Assembly (NCBI GenBank): GCA_036785375.1
Contig: JAWMAR010000030.1
Span: forward strand, 5,580,001-5,644,000
Source: Leucoraja ocellata
Lineage: Eukaryota
Direction: 5' to 3'
DNA length: 64,000 nucleotides
Each line of letters opens with the position of its first letter. Within the stretch, counting starts at the first letter, position 1. Both the position numbers and the translations under genes were made by a program. The notes beneath the pieces were generated by a model. That model saw nothing but the letters and a program-made list of their open reading frames with translations. It was not told where the DNA came from and ran no database searches. Below are positions 12,205 to 26,689 of the stretch, one piece after another.

Positions 12205-12440
12205 GCTGGAGGTATTTACTGCCAAGCTTCTGCCACGGTCTGGACCTCCCATCTATCTCATTGTAGACCTTTTGAATTCCCTTCAATCGGACTTTATCTC
12301 TCACTAAATCTTGTACCCTTTATCTGTCCGCTCCAGATGACTCGATTGCATTCATGTATAGTCTTGGACTGGATAGCACGTTAACAAAAGCATTTCACTG
12401 TACCTCAGTAGACGTGACAATAATAAACTAAACTAAACAA
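12205..12440 (+). mobile_element. Rex1-like LINE 3' UTR
   Basis: tttcactgtacctcagta.acgtgacaataataaactaaactaaac tail. Confidence 0.6.
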
Positions 12441-12994
12441 ACCTGTGTCCCTGCCATCACTTCCCTCACCTCTATCTCATTGACACACATGAGCTCTCAT
12501 AGAACCTCCATGCCTCATCCACTAAATCCAGGGCTCTCCAGTTTGCAAGTTCCTTGTCCCTTGGGCCTTATTCTCTTTCATGGGAGCAGTAAAATATATT
12601 TAAAACACTGAGCTGCCATTGAGAGGATGCCTTCAACAATTGATATCCCTCAGCACATTATGGGTAACTCCATCCAATTGAGTATGATCCATTTTAAATT
12701 AGGGTAATGCTTTTTTCACACACCCTTGCATCCTATAAAATAACTTGGATTGCAAGCTGACAGCACCTGCAATATCTCTTCACCAGCAGCAATAGTTTTA
12801 GCTATATTACCTACATGTATCAATTTCTTATTTTACATATCAATGGTACTTTGAAAATCTTTCTGCTTTGAAAAACAGCACATTAGGTGTAAATGTTAAG
12901 TTCAGAAAGCTATAATTGTGGTTTTGTGATTGTTTTAAAAATAAACCATTTAAATCTGGTTGTTTTGCAACAATCCAACCCAAAGGAGCTTTAT

Positions 12995-13243
12995 GGTAGA
13001 CACAAAATGCTGGAGTAATACAGCGGGTCAGGCAGCATCTCCAGAGAAAAGGAATAGGTGACATTTCAGGTCGAAACCTTCATCAGACTGAGAGTTAGGG
13101 GTGAGGGACTACTAAAGGTGAAGGGTTCCGACATGAAACGTCACCTATTCCTTTTCTCCAGAGATACTGCCTGACATTGAGTTACTCCAGCTATTTGTGT
13201 CTATCTTCAGCGTGAACCAGCATCTGCAGTTCCTTCCGACACT
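12995..13243. mobile_element. Penelope-derived fold-back insert
   Basis: Minus copy about 12995-13090 and plus copy about 13118-13243 of the same terminal repeat. Confidence 0.8.
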
Positions 13244-14569
13244 AGATTGCCTTTAGCCTGGGCTCACGTGGCCTCTCTTGTGAAGTTATGGTGGACAATT
13301 GAATGAATCGAGGGAGATTCGACATCACAATTAAGAATATACTTCTTCCCAGTACCGAAGTCCTATTTTGTCAGAAGTGTAATCTTTTGCAAAAAGCAGC
13401 AAACTGACTGTTCAGGAAGTTATAAAAGGTCTCACATTGGATCTTGCTATGTATCATTAGGCCACAGTTTATCTTGTGCGATTATGATTGCCCTTCCACT
13501 CGCAAACATAATTTGCTGTAACCACTTCAATTGCATTTTGAACAGGACTTAGACCTTCCCCAGTAATCTTCCATGAGTGACTGTTGTTGCATATCGCTCT
13601 GTCTGGCTAAACACATATGGTTTCTTCATATTTGCAGGGGCCAGAAGCAATCATGGCCTATTTCAAGTGGGGAAGAGGGGGAGAGCGCAACATTCATTTT
13701 AACATTCTGAGTTGTTATTACTTGTACACATCGATTAAAGACAGACTGAAAAGGAAACTTTAAAAAAAGCTGTTGAAGCTTAGTCAATAAAAGGAAACTG
13801 AAATGACATTTGATACGAACCAACTCAGTTTAAGTTTTGAGCTGTTTTTAAACCTTAACTCTGTACTTTCAGCATAACTTTGCATTGATCTCGACGGGAT
13901 CTTTGGCTCTTTTCACCGTTCGTTGGTCGAGTGCCTGGATACTTTGACGCCTGTCAAACGTTTCCTTTTCATGTGACGTGAGAACACATTAGGGACACTT
14001 GGCCTCGTGTGGTGCAACAAAGCCACAGAATGAGGGTCACAGCAATGTTGAAAAGTTATTTTTGTTAAGCTGATCATAGCAAATGCATGTTTCACTGGAG
14101 GCAGTATGCATTTGAACTAGGCTGATCTACAAGCTTAAATATCTCTGGTGGCAGGGGGTACTTTTCACACAAGGAAAGTGAACTTGCACATCTTGTGAAA
14201 GGAAAGTGTGTGCTTTGTCACCAGGTTAAAACAAACATACGTTATTCTGATTGTTTCGGGAATACTGTAGACTTCCAGCAAGGCCAAGAAGAATTGAGAC
14301 AAATTAGGTGAGAGTTCACACACTGAAGAAGCTCCAGTGTATAAAGCATGTCTGGAACAAGCATGTTCGATATCAGTTCATGTTTGCCAGAGATTGCTTT
14401 ACAAATGCTTGCCATCAGGATCTGGTAGAAACTTTATACTACTTCTTAGTTTTTGATATTTTTGTTTTTGAAGTGATCAGGGTTACAGGTCTGAAGGGTT
14501 GCTGGGGATGAATAGATGAGCATAGTTAATCAAGAGTTTTGTAGAAACCGAATGATATCTTGTTTGTTA

Positions 14570-14720
14570 ATAGAGTCATTTGGTCATACCACAGGGAAAC
14601 AGGCCCTTCGGCCCTACTTGCCCATGCCGAGCAAGATGCCTCATCAACAGTTAGTTCCATCTGCCTGCGTTTGGCCCATATCCCTCCAAACCTTTCCCAT
14701 CCATGTACCTGTCCAAATCT
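14570..14720 (-). mobile_element. CR1 3' tail
   Basis: gaaacaggcccttcggccc..gcgtttggcccatatccctc. Confidence 0.8.
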
Positions 14721-14869
14721 ATTTTACTTTGGGGCTCAAGAATAGATTTAAACCATCGTCCCAAAATCTCATGGTCAAATGAAAACTAAAACTGAAAAAA
14801 AGACATTAGTGATTGGAGCAAAGTAGTTGAATCTGATACTGTGTACATTTTTGCTATTGTTAGGATTAG

Positions 14870-15140
14870 ATCTCCAGGTTTAAGAACAGCTTCTTCCCAA
14901 CAATCATCAGGCTCTTGAACACTACGAATGCCAACTACACTATAAACTATGAAATGCCTTGAAATGCACTAAGAAACTTGGGCTTTTTTCCCTCTAATAT
15001 TAATTTATTAAACTTTTTTTGTTTATTATGGTATCAATGATTACTATTTACAGACCTGTTATGCTGCTACAAATAAGAAATTTAGTTGCTCCATTTTCAG
15101 CATATATGACAATTAAACATTCTTGATTCACTCTTGAGAT
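14870..15140 (+). mobile_element. Rex1-like LINE 3' end
   Basis: ttaagaacagcttcttccca..atcaggctcttgaac. Confidence 0.7.
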
Positions 15141-16459
15141 GGTTATTTTTATTCAGCTTCATAACTAAGACATAATTACAGCTATATTAATTTTTTCCAA
15201 GAAAATCAAAATTTGCTTCTGGATATTTTGCAAAATGTTTACTCCTCTAGTTACACTGACATTGTGATGGGTCGGCCATGACATGGAAGTTGCTCTGTCC
15301 TAAAGGACAGAGGGCTCCATCCGGCATTAATTCTGGCTCTGGCACAGAAAATGTAGCCCACCATTTAAGCTGGCGGTTCGGGACAGTACAGAGGAAGTGC
15401 ACAGCACATTATTGTTGGGCGTGTTGTCTCTTTGTTGAAGCACAAGATTGTATGAAATGGAACCAGGGTAGGTCAGGTGTCTCCTTAGTCTTGATCCACT
15501 ATTCAATATCATGGATGATCCTCACACCTTCCTGCCCAATTGGTTTTTTGTTTTGATTCCTTGAGTACCCAAACCTCCAATCAACTCGGTCAAAATTTCA
15601 GGATGGTTGAAAAGTTAACTGGAGTTCTTGGTCTTCCCTCTCATCGCAGGAGATCATCTAACTCCTCTGAGTCTGTTCCACTGTTCAATAAGGTGATTAA
15701 TCATGTGATCTAACTCAACGTGTTATCTTCCATAACATCCTAGATTTAAATTCAGCAATTAGCCTGCATTAGTTGCTGTTTTTGGAAAACAGTTCCGCCA
15801 GGGTGTCAAGCTGTTGTGGTCCCTCACATAAATGTCGAAATAGGCCGCAGAGCCTAGCTTACACAAATAAACATTACAGAACAGCTGCCTTCTCCTTGGT
15901 GGTGGAGGGGTTCTTGAGAGCATTAAATGGTAACTAGCTATTACCAGAGAACAGATGGCTGGACCCATCTGGCACGAAGACTTTGAATGGTCTTGGACCG
16001 TGTCTCCATGGAAGCAGAAACCTGGTACATCAGTCGGCAGGTTGCCCAGATACTCTGTGTCACCACTAGAGTGGATGCTTCCCTGGCACCACATATCCTC
16101 CTGTGAGATGCAAGATAAAATGAAACCCAGCCTGACTTCTCACCTCCAACTCCCAAAATCTATATTCTTCCTGACCCGATCACTTCTTCCAACTCTCCAC
16201 TCAGTAACTCAGAGGGACAGGCCGCATCTCTGGAGAGAAGGAATAGGTGACATTTCGGTTCGAGGCCATTCTTCAGACCTTTTTTAACGTTTCCTGATTC
16301 TGCCTGCACAAACTCCCACATAGCTTGTACTTTTGTTTTTATTAACAAACCTACTTCACAATTGTGTGAAACAGGATATACCATTTTTTTTATTGGATCA
16401 CTCTCTTGCACTCAGCATCCAGAGAGCTTATAAAATTATCCAATATTTTATTTAGCCAT

Positions 16460-16765
16460 TTAGAACTTTATTCCCAGGGCAGAAATGTCAACTGCTAGAG
16501 GGCATAGCTTAAAAGTGAGTGAGCCAAATTTAAAGAAAATATACAGCGCAAGATTTTAAACAGAGTGGTATGTGCCTAGAACATGCTGCCAAGGGTGGTG
16601 GTGGAAGCAGATATGATAGTGACATTTAAGAGGCTTTCAGATAGCTACTACATGCATATGCAAGAATCACTTGCAGATAGAGGAGATTAGTTTAACATGG
16701 CATTGTGTTCGGCACAGACATTGTGGGCTGAAGGGCTGTTCCTATACTGTACTGTTCTACGTAAC
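16460..16765 (+). mobile_element. CR1 3' fragment
   Basis: CR1 3' motifs and gggctgaagggctgttcc tail. Confidence 0.8.
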
Positions 16766-17594
16766 TGCAGAGAAGTTGACTTTCACAATTAATTGCATTG
16801 AAAGTAATTGGTTAAATCCAACTGCTGTTTAGTATTTTAATATTTGTGCCACAGCTTAAGGCATAAATGATTACAAACTATATTACAATTGTTTCTCTGA
16901 ATATTGGCCATGGGACATCAACCAGGTCACATTTATTTTAATTCCATATTTGGCAGGGTTGCTGCAGAAAAGGCTTCAAGAGTTTACAGTGGAGACATGG
17001 AGTCGTGTATAGAACAGATTAGATAGTGATGATGCCGCTTTTCCCACTTGTAATCAATTAATCAGTTGGAATTTTATAACAATCAGTAGTTTTAATCTGC
17101 TTGGCCCTAGTCTCTGACTAATTCTTAACAAATCTGTCTAATATCACAAATTACCGTGGATGCATTCAACTCTTTGTTGGTCCAATTGCCTAATTATTGA
17201 TACTGTCCTCCACCTGAAATTAAATATACACATTCCAATTAATTTGCAATGGTGAAGAGCTAAAGCCCAAATTGGCAATTAGCATTTATTTGGGGCACTG
17301 AGTTCCATGCAGAGGTGAGGTCCATGTGCTGAATTCAATTAAAATTTACTTTTAAAACTTTGCTTAAGAAGCAACTTTGGAACCTGAATTCTAATCGGAC
17401 ATTTGTGTATTTTGGACAGCATATTCAAACCTGAGACTTCCATATTAATGTTTGCAGTGCAACCTCTTTGAATGTGCACACCGCAGGCCAACGTTAGTAC
17501 ACATTTCAGCACCATGAATGCCCCTAACACATGAATACATCTGCACTTACACTTGCTACTCAGACATTTAATATTACTTGTCCGTGATCAAGCG

Positions 17595-18245
17595 GATGCA
17601 GAAAAAATATACTGGAATATTGCCTGAACTAGAGGGCTTGAGCTATAAGGTGAAGTTGGATAGGCTGGACAGTTTTCTCTGGACCAAAGGACATAGAGAG
17701 GACCAAAGGACATTGGTCGCCAAATTATAGGAAGGATGTCAACAAAATAGAGAGAGTACAGAGGAGATTTACTAGAATGTTGCCTATGTTTCAACAACTA
17801 AGTTACAGAGATAGGTTGAATAAGTTAGGTATTTATTCTCTGGAGCGCAGAAGGTTAAGGGGGGACCTGATAGAGGTCTTTAAAATGATGAGAGGGATAG
17901 ACAGAGTTGATGTGGACAAGCTTTTCCCTTTGAGAATAGGGAAGATTCAAACAAGAGGACATGACTTCAGAATTAAGGGACAGAAGTTTAGGGGTAATAT
18001 GAGGGGGAACTTCTTTACGCAGAGAGTGGTGGCGGTGTGGAATGAGCTCCCAGTGGAAGTGGTGGAGGCAGGTTCATTGGTATAATTTAAAAATAAATTG
18101 GATAGGCATATGGATGAGAGGGAATGGAGGGTTATGGTACGAGTGCAGGCAGGTGGGACTAAGGGGAAAAAAATTTGTTCGGCATGGACTTGTAGGGCCG
18201 AGATGGCCTGTTTCCGTGCTGTAATTGTTGTATGGTTGTTGTATG
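17595..18245 (+). mobile_element. Old CR1 piece followed by a younger CR1 3' fragment
   Basis: ORF 17777-18085 LSYRDRLNKLGIYSLERRRLRGDLIEVFK..FFTQRVV..WNELP. Confidence 0.92.
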
Positions 18246-18270
18246 GAGAGGTGAACATACATGGGTTTAT

Positions 18271-18680
18271 CAAGAATCAAAAGAGCCAAGAGTGTTTAAT
18301 TGTCATATGCACCAAAAACAGAACCTTGAAATTCTTACTTGTAGCAGCACAACAGATTCATAAACACAGTACTCTATAGATAATGTACCAAAAGACCAAA
18401 GGAAGAGTTCAACAATTATAAAAGCTATAACAAGTCCCAAGTCCTGACTGCAACCAAGACAGTTTAGTTGGTGTTGTAGTGTTCAATAACCTGATGGTTG
18501 TTGGGAAGAAGCTGTTCCTGAACCTGGAGGTTACTGTTTTCAGACTCCTATACCTTCATCCCGATGACAGGAGTGAATTGATTTTCAGGGCGTTGTGGGT
18601 CCTTGATGATGCTGTCAACCTTTTTGAGGCAGCGCCTCCTATAGTTCTCTTTGATGGGGTGGAAGTCACTTCCTGTGATC
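18271..18680 (-). mobile_element. Rex1-like LINE 3' end
   Basis: gttcaataacctgatggttgttgggaagaagctgttcctgaacctgg, the reverse complement of the 14870 type; similar piece at 53595-53830. Confidence 0.7.
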
Positions 18681-20053
18681 CACCATGGGAACAGTGTGCT
18701 GGAGTAACTTCGCGGGTTAGGCAGCATCTCTGGAGAACATGGATAGGTGGTGTTTTGGGTCGGGACCCTTCAGAATGGGATTCCCATTAGGTGCGCATAT
18801 AAACTGCCACACGACTGCAAAGAGGCACAAGTTATAACTGTGCGAAAAATGACATTGCACCCAAGTGGTCCCATAACTAGATTTACAAGTTATGTCTCAG
18901 TGACAAAGAAAACGTCCATTTCCTAGCACTGCTGGTTTGACGTGGCGAATAATGCAGAGAAAAAGGTGTTCCCATTTGGCTCAGAAAAAGTTCAAAGCAA
19001 GGTAATAAATATGAAGTGATATTGTGCTGTGCTATTGCTGCACTGCTCCATTTATAATAGTCTCCTGTGGCACCATTCTGTCCTGTACACTCTTTATTGG
19101 AGCTGCGCGTCATTCCCACTTGGTTTGGTGCTAACTGTGCATGCTTCTCATATTGCGTCATCTCACTTGCCTCTTGTCTGCCCTATCAAGCACGGTTCAT
19201 GACCTTGTTCTAAATTTAAAGTGTCTGCTTCAAGGTAACTAGGCTTACTTATGTATCCCTGGGCTGGGAACATCTGAAGGCTAGGATGCTGGGCTGACAG
19301 TCCATGTTTGGCGGTCTTTCTCGTGGGAGAACACTGCAAAATAATGGATTATTTCTGTACGGCCTTTGATGAAGGGTTGCCACCACATTTCGCAGTAAGT
19401 GCAGAGTTATTGAACCTCGCATGCACACTTGTAATTTTGCCTAATGACCATCATTATACAAATTTCACTCTCCATGCTTCTTCGAAGTATATTTGTCTTC
19501 ACACGCAGATTCGTTTTCTAAATAAACAAGCAGGCAATCGCTAATGAACAACATGCGACCAAATATCCTGGTCGATGCAAAGATCAGAAGAAGCTGCAAT
19601 TTTCAGAATAATGGAGTGCACTTAAGAACATTAATATATAATTCAATATTAAGCTATCATTTTGTTTCATTTATCATGGCCAAATACTAATGTCCTTTTC
19701 TCAAATTGAAATAACCTGTTGAATTACTTCCGTTTCAAAGTATTTAAATTTGCAAGGTTTAAAATTAGCTTCTCTAAAAATGCATTTAAAGTGTTAATGC
19801 AGTTTCCCCATAGGCCTGTCTTTCCTGGATTATGGAATGATATGTGAAATATAAAGTTAGTCATAATGGGAATAATTGAGCAGGATGAAATCTGCTCCCT
19901 AGACTTGTCGCCTTGGTCCCGCCTGCCTGGACCTATCTAGGCCGCATGCAGAGCGCTGATCAAGCTGATTCTCCTCATGCAGGTCGTGTCTGGCGCTGCA
20001 TGGCAGAGCTTCAGGTTTCAGTGGTAAATAGGCTGCCAGCAGCCACCTACCTA

Positions 20054-20445
20054 CAGGCTACAAGGTGATGTTGATGTGTTGTTCAAATGGGCTGAGAAAT
20101 GGCAGAGGCAGTTGAATCCAGATACATGTGAGCTGTTGCATTTTGTGAATGCAAAGGATGATAGGACACACATCATGAATGGCAGAATCGGAGGTGGTAT
20201 TGAGGAAGATAGACACAAAATGCTGGAGTAACTCAGTGGGCCAGACAGCATCTCTAGAGAGAAGGAATGGGTGACATTTCGGGTCGAGACTTTTCTTCGA
20301 GTCATGGAAGGTGTGGTGGAGTTGTGGACAGTGTGGAAGGCAGTGTGAGGCTACAGAATGATATTGATGCATTGTTGAAATGGGCTGAGATGCAGTTTTA
20401 TCCAGATACATGTGGAGTGTTGCATTCTGTGAGTGCTAAGAACAG
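20054..20445 (+). mobile_element. Two similar CR1 RT fragments separated by a Penelope terminal-repeat piece (about 20205-20300, minus)
   Basis: LQNDIDALLKWAE.MQF.PDTC.VLH motif present twice. Confidence 0.7.
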
Positions 20446-20494
20446 GCTAGTAAATATCAGCTATTTATTGAGCAGGGTGGGACTGACAATCTGA

Positions 20495-21945
20495 TGTGTT
20501 TTTATGTCAATTCAAGGAATATTACAGGTAATGTTGCTGAAGTTAGAGCCTGGATTAGTACATGGATCTACTATGTTGTGGCCTTTACAGGTACCTGGTG
20601 ATCAAAGGGCAAGGCTGACAGCTCAAATGTTCCACAGTTAAATCCATATCATTTAAGTGGTGATACAGAGCGGTGTAAAAGAGGTGTGGGGGCTGCACTA
20701 TTGATCATAAAGAATATTTAGAAGGGCTCATGTTGCGACCATCTTGTGAGGCGATATGGATGGAACTCAGCAAAAGGAAAGATGCAATCACTATGATGGG
20801 ATTATATTATAGGCCACCCAGCTGAGATACAGATGTGTAAGTTTGGCAAGATGTAAAAACAACAAAGACCTTGTCATGGGAGGTCTTCATTTCCCCAAGA
20901 TTGACTGTGGGACTCAACACAGCCAATGGCTAAGATGGGCCAAATGTGTTACACGCATCTAAGAGGGCTTCTTGAAACAGTATGTAGATAGGGGCCAAAC
21001 TGGACCTTGGGTTGGAAAATGCGCTTGGCCAGATGGTCGGAGTTTCAGTGGGAGAAAACTTTGGAAACAGTGATCGTAAGTGAGTTTTAATTATGGATGA
21101 GATAAGACTGGAGGGGGAGAAAGTGCTAAATGGGGAAGAGGTAATTACAACAGTATTAGAACGGTAACCGGGGAGATAGATTGGAAACATCTGTTATTGG
21201 GTAAATCCATATCGAACATGTGGGAGTCTTTTAAAGACCAGCTGGTTAGAATTCGGGACCAGCATGTTCCTGTGATGATGAAAGACAGGAATGGTAGGGT
21301 TCAAGAACCTTGGATGACAGGAGATGTTGAAAGTTTAGTCAAAAAGAACAAGGAAGCAAATGTAAAGTGTAGGAAGCTGAAATCAGACAACGCATTTGAG
21401 GAGTATAAATGAAGCTGGAAAGAACAAATAAGAAACTAGGAGAGCTCAAAAGGGCCATGAAATGTCCTTGGCAAGTAGAATTAAGACAAATCTCAATGCA
21501 TTCTACATATAAAAACAAGAGGGTATAATGAGGAAAAGGGTATGTCCACTTACGGACAATGAAGGGGATTTAAGTCTGGAGCCATAGGAAGTGGACGTGA
21601 TGCACAATGTGTTATTATTCACCAAGGAGAAGGACATGAATGATGGTGGGAACAGAGAGGGATGCACTGATATTCTTTAGCATGTTGATATTATGAAGGA
21701 GGAGGTATTGGATCTCTTGACGAGCATTAAGGTGGATAAATCCTGAGATTCTGATAGAATCTATTCAACATATTGAGAAAGGCAAGCGTGAGTTTGCTCG
21801 AGCATTGTATCCTCTTTAGCCACAGGTAAAGCCTCAGAAGATCGGAGAATAACCTGTCTGTTTTTTTTTAGTTTAAGAAAGGCAATTGGGATAATCCAGG
21901 GAAATATAGGCTGGTGAACCTTATATTAGTGGTGAGGAAATATTT
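20495..21945 (+). mobile_element. Degraded CR1 ORF2 (APE endonuclease to pre-RT region)
   Basis: Frameshifted YVNSRNI..WIST..VV..TW, YYRPP and MWESFKDQLVRIRDQHVP motifs. Confidence 0.85.
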
Positions 21946-23099
21946 TCTCCCTGAATTTCAATGTTAGTACAAGTTATACATGGTGTTTTCCTGGACAGCA
22001 CTACAACCTTCAAAGCATCTGCAAAACCAAAGTCAGCTTATTTTTGCTTCAACCTCCAGAACCGTCTACTGCTGTGTTGAAGGCGTTTTGCAGATTTTCT
22101 TACAATAATGTAGTGTGGCAGTTAGGACATGCGGAATCGGAGGACAATTTATTTGCCGAAGTGGAATGTGCAAGGAATTAAGAATATTGGAGAAGGTTAT
22201 TCGCCTCATTAAACCCATTCCCCAGAGGACATGTATAACTCTTCAGTTATGGACATGACTTCATCGAATACTGCCCCTTGCTGCACAACCTGTTGATCCT
22301 AATTTCAGGAATACTGGGTTCCTTCTGTTCCCTGTAAAAAGCCAGACTATTATTACCACTGTAATCTTCAGCCCTTCTCAGCACCAGAGCCTCTTGGAGG
22401 TGTTATTTCACCTCAAGTCAATTATATTCTCTGTAAGTCTATTCCATATGTTATCTAAGCAGCGGGGAAATCTCAAACTATGCCCAGGGTATTTTGTACC
22501 AGTTCCCTTTATTGCTGTTCTCATTGTCCAAATTAGAGTTGGATTGTTTTGGTCACAAATATGCCTTTCATTTCAAACATTGCAAAATTCACCACATTTA
22601 TCCCCATCAGTTTGTATGCAAGACATTAATGTAAATGCAACTAACTTATAAAGAAAGAAACTAAAATTAAAAAAAACTGATTCCTCATGTTTTTCAGAAG
22701 TGTCTTCAGACTTTAGCCACCCAGTCTTTTTTAATCATCCAACTAGGCTTTGAAGCTTTGTGTTGGTGTTTTTAGGTATTTCATATGCTTCACATCGAGA
22801 AGTATTAGCGGTTCATATTTTAAATAGATCTTCATGTTCCCACTTACAAAACATATTGTCCCCTTAAGGATCCTTGCGTTTCATAATTTGGTATGGATCC
22901 AAAGTCATTTTGACTTCTGGAGATATTTTATTGAAGCTGTGAACCAAACAATGTCAAGTTCAGACAAACGATGAAAGAGTAGAGCATGGTATTAATTTCC
23001 ACCAAAACGCCAGCATGAAACAATTGTTAATGACATTAGTCTTGAGTGAACATCGAACACAAATATGTTTGGTGGTGTTGATGCTGTTATCTTCATGGT

Positions 23100-25055
23100 C
23101 AGAGTGATATAGACAGGTATAGGCAGCTGGGATCTAGTGCATTCCTGGAGGAGTTTCGGGAGCTAAGGAGTAAACTGAAAAATAAGATCACAAGGGCAAA
23201 AAGGGGCCGGGAGATAGCTCTGGTGCATAGCACTAGGGACAATCCCAAAAGATTTTATAAATACATAACGGGGGACAGGGTAATTAAAGAGAAAGTGGGA
23301 CCTCTCAGGAATCAAAGCGGTCACCTCTGTGTGGAGCCACAGGAGATGGGCAAGGTCCTCAATGAGTATTTCTCTTCTGTATTTACCAAGGACAAAGACA
23401 ATAGGATGGAGGAATTTAGGGCAGTCAATGCAAATGGCTTGAGAGCAGTCAGTGTTACCTTCGAAGATGAACTGAATGTACTGTCGTGTATGAAGATAAG
23501 TCGATAATTCTCCAGGGCCTAATCAGATATATGCAAGGACATTGTGGGAAACTAGAGAGGAAATTGCAGGAGCCCTGGTTGAAATTTACGAGTCGTCCTT
23601 AAATACAGGAGAGATGCCGGAAGACTGGAGGATGGCAAATGTTGTGCCTCTTTTCAAGAAGGGCTGCAGGGAAAATGCTGGGCCCTATAGGCTGGTGAGT
23701 TTAACATCGGTGGTTGGAAAGTTATGGAGAGTATTCTGAGGGATTGGTTATATAGGCATTTGGATGGGCAAGGGCTGATTAGGGATAGTCACCATAGTTT
23801 TGTACATGGGAGGTTGTGTCTCACAAATTTGATTGATTTTGTTTGAAGACGTGACCAAAAAGGTTGATGAAGGCAGAGCTGTAGATGTTGTGTACGTGGA
23901 TTTCAGTAAGGCATTCAACAAGGTTCTGCATGGTTGGCTGCTCTAGAAGGTTAGATCGCATGGGATCCAAGGAAAGATAGCTGAATGGATAGCAAATTGG
24001 CTCCATGGAAGGGTGATGGTGGAATGTCGCTTCTCGGACTGGAGGCCTGGGACTAGTGGTATACCTCAGTGTTCGGTGCTGGGCCCGTAACTGTTTGTCA
24101 TCAACATCACTGATTTGGATGAGAACATACAGGGCAATATTAGCAAGTTTGCTGATAATACAAAATTGAGTGGTTTTGCAGATAGTGGAGATGTTTGTGA
24201 AAGATTGCAGTGAAGGATCTGGATCGATTGGCCAGGTGGGCGGAGGAATGGTTGATGGAATTTAATACAGAGAAATGTGAGGTGTTGCATCTTGGGTCGT
24301 CGAACAAGGGCAGGTCCTACACAGTAAATGGTAGGCCTCTGGGTAGTCTTGTAAGACAGAGGGATCTAGGAGTACAGATGCATGGTTACTTGAAGGTCGA
24401 GTCGCAGGTGGATAAGGTGTTAAAAAGGCTTTTGGCACGTTGGCCTTCAAGAGCCAGAGTATTGAGTATAGAAGTTGGGAGATCATGTTGCAGTTGTATA
24501 AGACGTTGGTGAGACCACATTTAGAATATTGTGTTCAGTTCTGGGCAACATATTATGGGAATGATATTGCCAAGCTTGAATGGGTTCCGAAAAGATTTGC
24601 GAGGATGTTGCCAGGACTAGAGGGTGTGAGCTACAGGGAGAGGTTGAGTAGGCTGGGTCTCTATTCCATGGAGCGCAGGAGGATGAAGGGTGAATTTATA
24701 GAGGTGTACAAAATAATGAGAGGAATAGATCGAGTAGATGCACAGAGTCTCTTGCCCAGAGTATGGGGAATCAAGGACCAGAGGGCATCGGTGAAGGGGG
24801 AAAGATTTAATAGGTATCCGAAGGGTAACTTTTTCACACAAAAGGTGGTGGATGTATGGAACAAGCTACCAGAGGTGGTAGATGAGGCTGGAACTATCCC
24901 ACCATTTAACAAACAATTAGACAGATACATGGATAGGACAGGTTTGGAGGGATATGGACCAAGCGCAGGAAAGTGAGACGTGCACTGGAACTTTGTTGGC
25001 CGGTATGGGCAAGTTGGGCCGAAGGGCCTGTTTCCACACTGTATCATTCTATGAC
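23100..25055 (+). mobile_element. CR1 LINE ORF2 (RT domain) and 3' UTR, about 2 kb, 5'-truncated, with stops and frameshifts
   Basis: DNPKRFYKY, PEDWRMANVVPLFKKG, LYKTLVRPHLEYCVQFW, KFAD motifs. Confidence 0.95.
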
Positions 25056-26689
25056 ATAATTCAAGCAATTCTGAAGGTCAAAATTAAGAGTGTAAGTCAC
25101 TTTGTATTGAGCATTATAATCACCATGCTTCAATGGATTGTTCCACTTGAGTTGATAATGGTTCACTCAGTCAAACCCCAGGTGGATTTATCAATGTCCT
25201 AAGCTTCAGATTCTTACAAACACTCCATTTAAAACAGTTTTGCCACTTAACCTCAGCAGGTACTGGTGTTCTCAAGGTGGGTGTTCTCGTCCACTCTGGA
25301 GCTGAATAAGGCCAGCCTCCTAGTGCAGTGTTTTCCTTTCGCCCTTTTGATGTCACTCAACCATCTTCTGGCATCCTGTTGGGTTTCCCTTATTCCAGGA
25401 GATCTTTCTATGACCTCACAGAAACCTCCATTGTACGCTGCTCTCTGGGGCGTGGACATCACGGTGGTCCTGATCTTTCCAGACCTCCTGTGTGACAAAA
25501 TCAACCTCTACTGCTCGAATTATTCACTTCCACAGTCTTTCTGTTGATTCACAGTGAATTGTGGATGCTTCTTGTTCACGTCTGGTTTACGTTGATTAAA
25601 GAAACGTGAATTTTGTTTCAGTTATTTTAACTTATTATACATGGAATTCCAAGTAGGAATGCAGAAGAATATCAGCTAATTATGTGCACCCTGGACAATT
25701 CTCCCCTTTCCTCTGCGCCTGTGTCAAATTTCACATTTTGGGATAGTTTATTGAAGTTTTAAACTTATTTTAAGTATAGTTCTCTGCACTTGGTTCTTGT
25801 GGCGATCTTGACTTTGGCTTCTTCTGGAGTTAATAAAAAACAGGTAACTGTTCGGTAATCACATTTGTTTCAAAGTAAACTTCACACCCAACTTCAAACA
25901 GTAATCAGAAACATTACAAGGTATTTGAAAGAAAATTTATGTCATTGGATTTAAAAATGACACTTCTAGTAGTTCTGTGGTTGATTGCAGGTTAGAACAG
26001 AGGTCATAAAGTCGTGGAGTATGAAAACACGAGTCCACAAACACGGCACAGTCTTGCATTAATCCCATCTTATTCCCAGGAAGACTGTGCAAACTCAATG
26101 CAGACCGCACTGGAGGTTGGGCAATAGCTCTACTGTGTTACCCGTTGTGGAGTCAAAAAGCCTGTAACATCATTTCACAAATCTTCTTGTTTAGCTTCTA
26201 ATGACGCCGAATGTCTTTTGGTCCATCGTGCCACTTCTAGCTCTCAGTCACAGCAATCCTTCTCTTTCCCGCCCCTATGGTCCAGAAGTTTCATTTACTA
26301 GACTATAACGTTTCTGCTAGAAGGATGTAGACATCAAGTCAACGGAGATAACAAAAGCTGCAAGTTAATTGAGTCACACAGATCTCTCTTCCCTTGTTCA
26401 CCCTCTCCATTCCCACGTGCATCGTCCTAGCTATTCCCTCCCCCAACTACGGATTGGAACAATTTAGAAGGATATGGTCCAAACACAGGAAGGTGGGACT
26501 TTCAACCTGCCTTCACTCATGTAGATGGGGTACCTTGGTTGGCATGAGCATATTGTGCAGAAGGGCCTGTTTCCGTGCTAGGACTCTATCTGGTTCCATC
26601 ATCCTTCTTTATCTGGTACCGGATCCCCTTCCAGATGGTATAATCCACTTTTGTAACAAGAATATAAAAGCAGAATTTTGCTTAAATGG

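Noticed and set aside
13621-13700. Acceptor-like tttgcAG|GGGCCA
   Set aside because: Gly-X-Y periodicity is not maintained and there is no good donor.
25200-25560. Minus-strand ORF with possible splice signals (antisense exon)
   Set aside because: No recognisable protein, weak donor, no supporting second exon.
10693-25602. 15-nt match tacgttgattaaaga at about 10693 and 25588
   Set aside because: AT-rich with no flanking similarity; plausible by chance in 64 kb.
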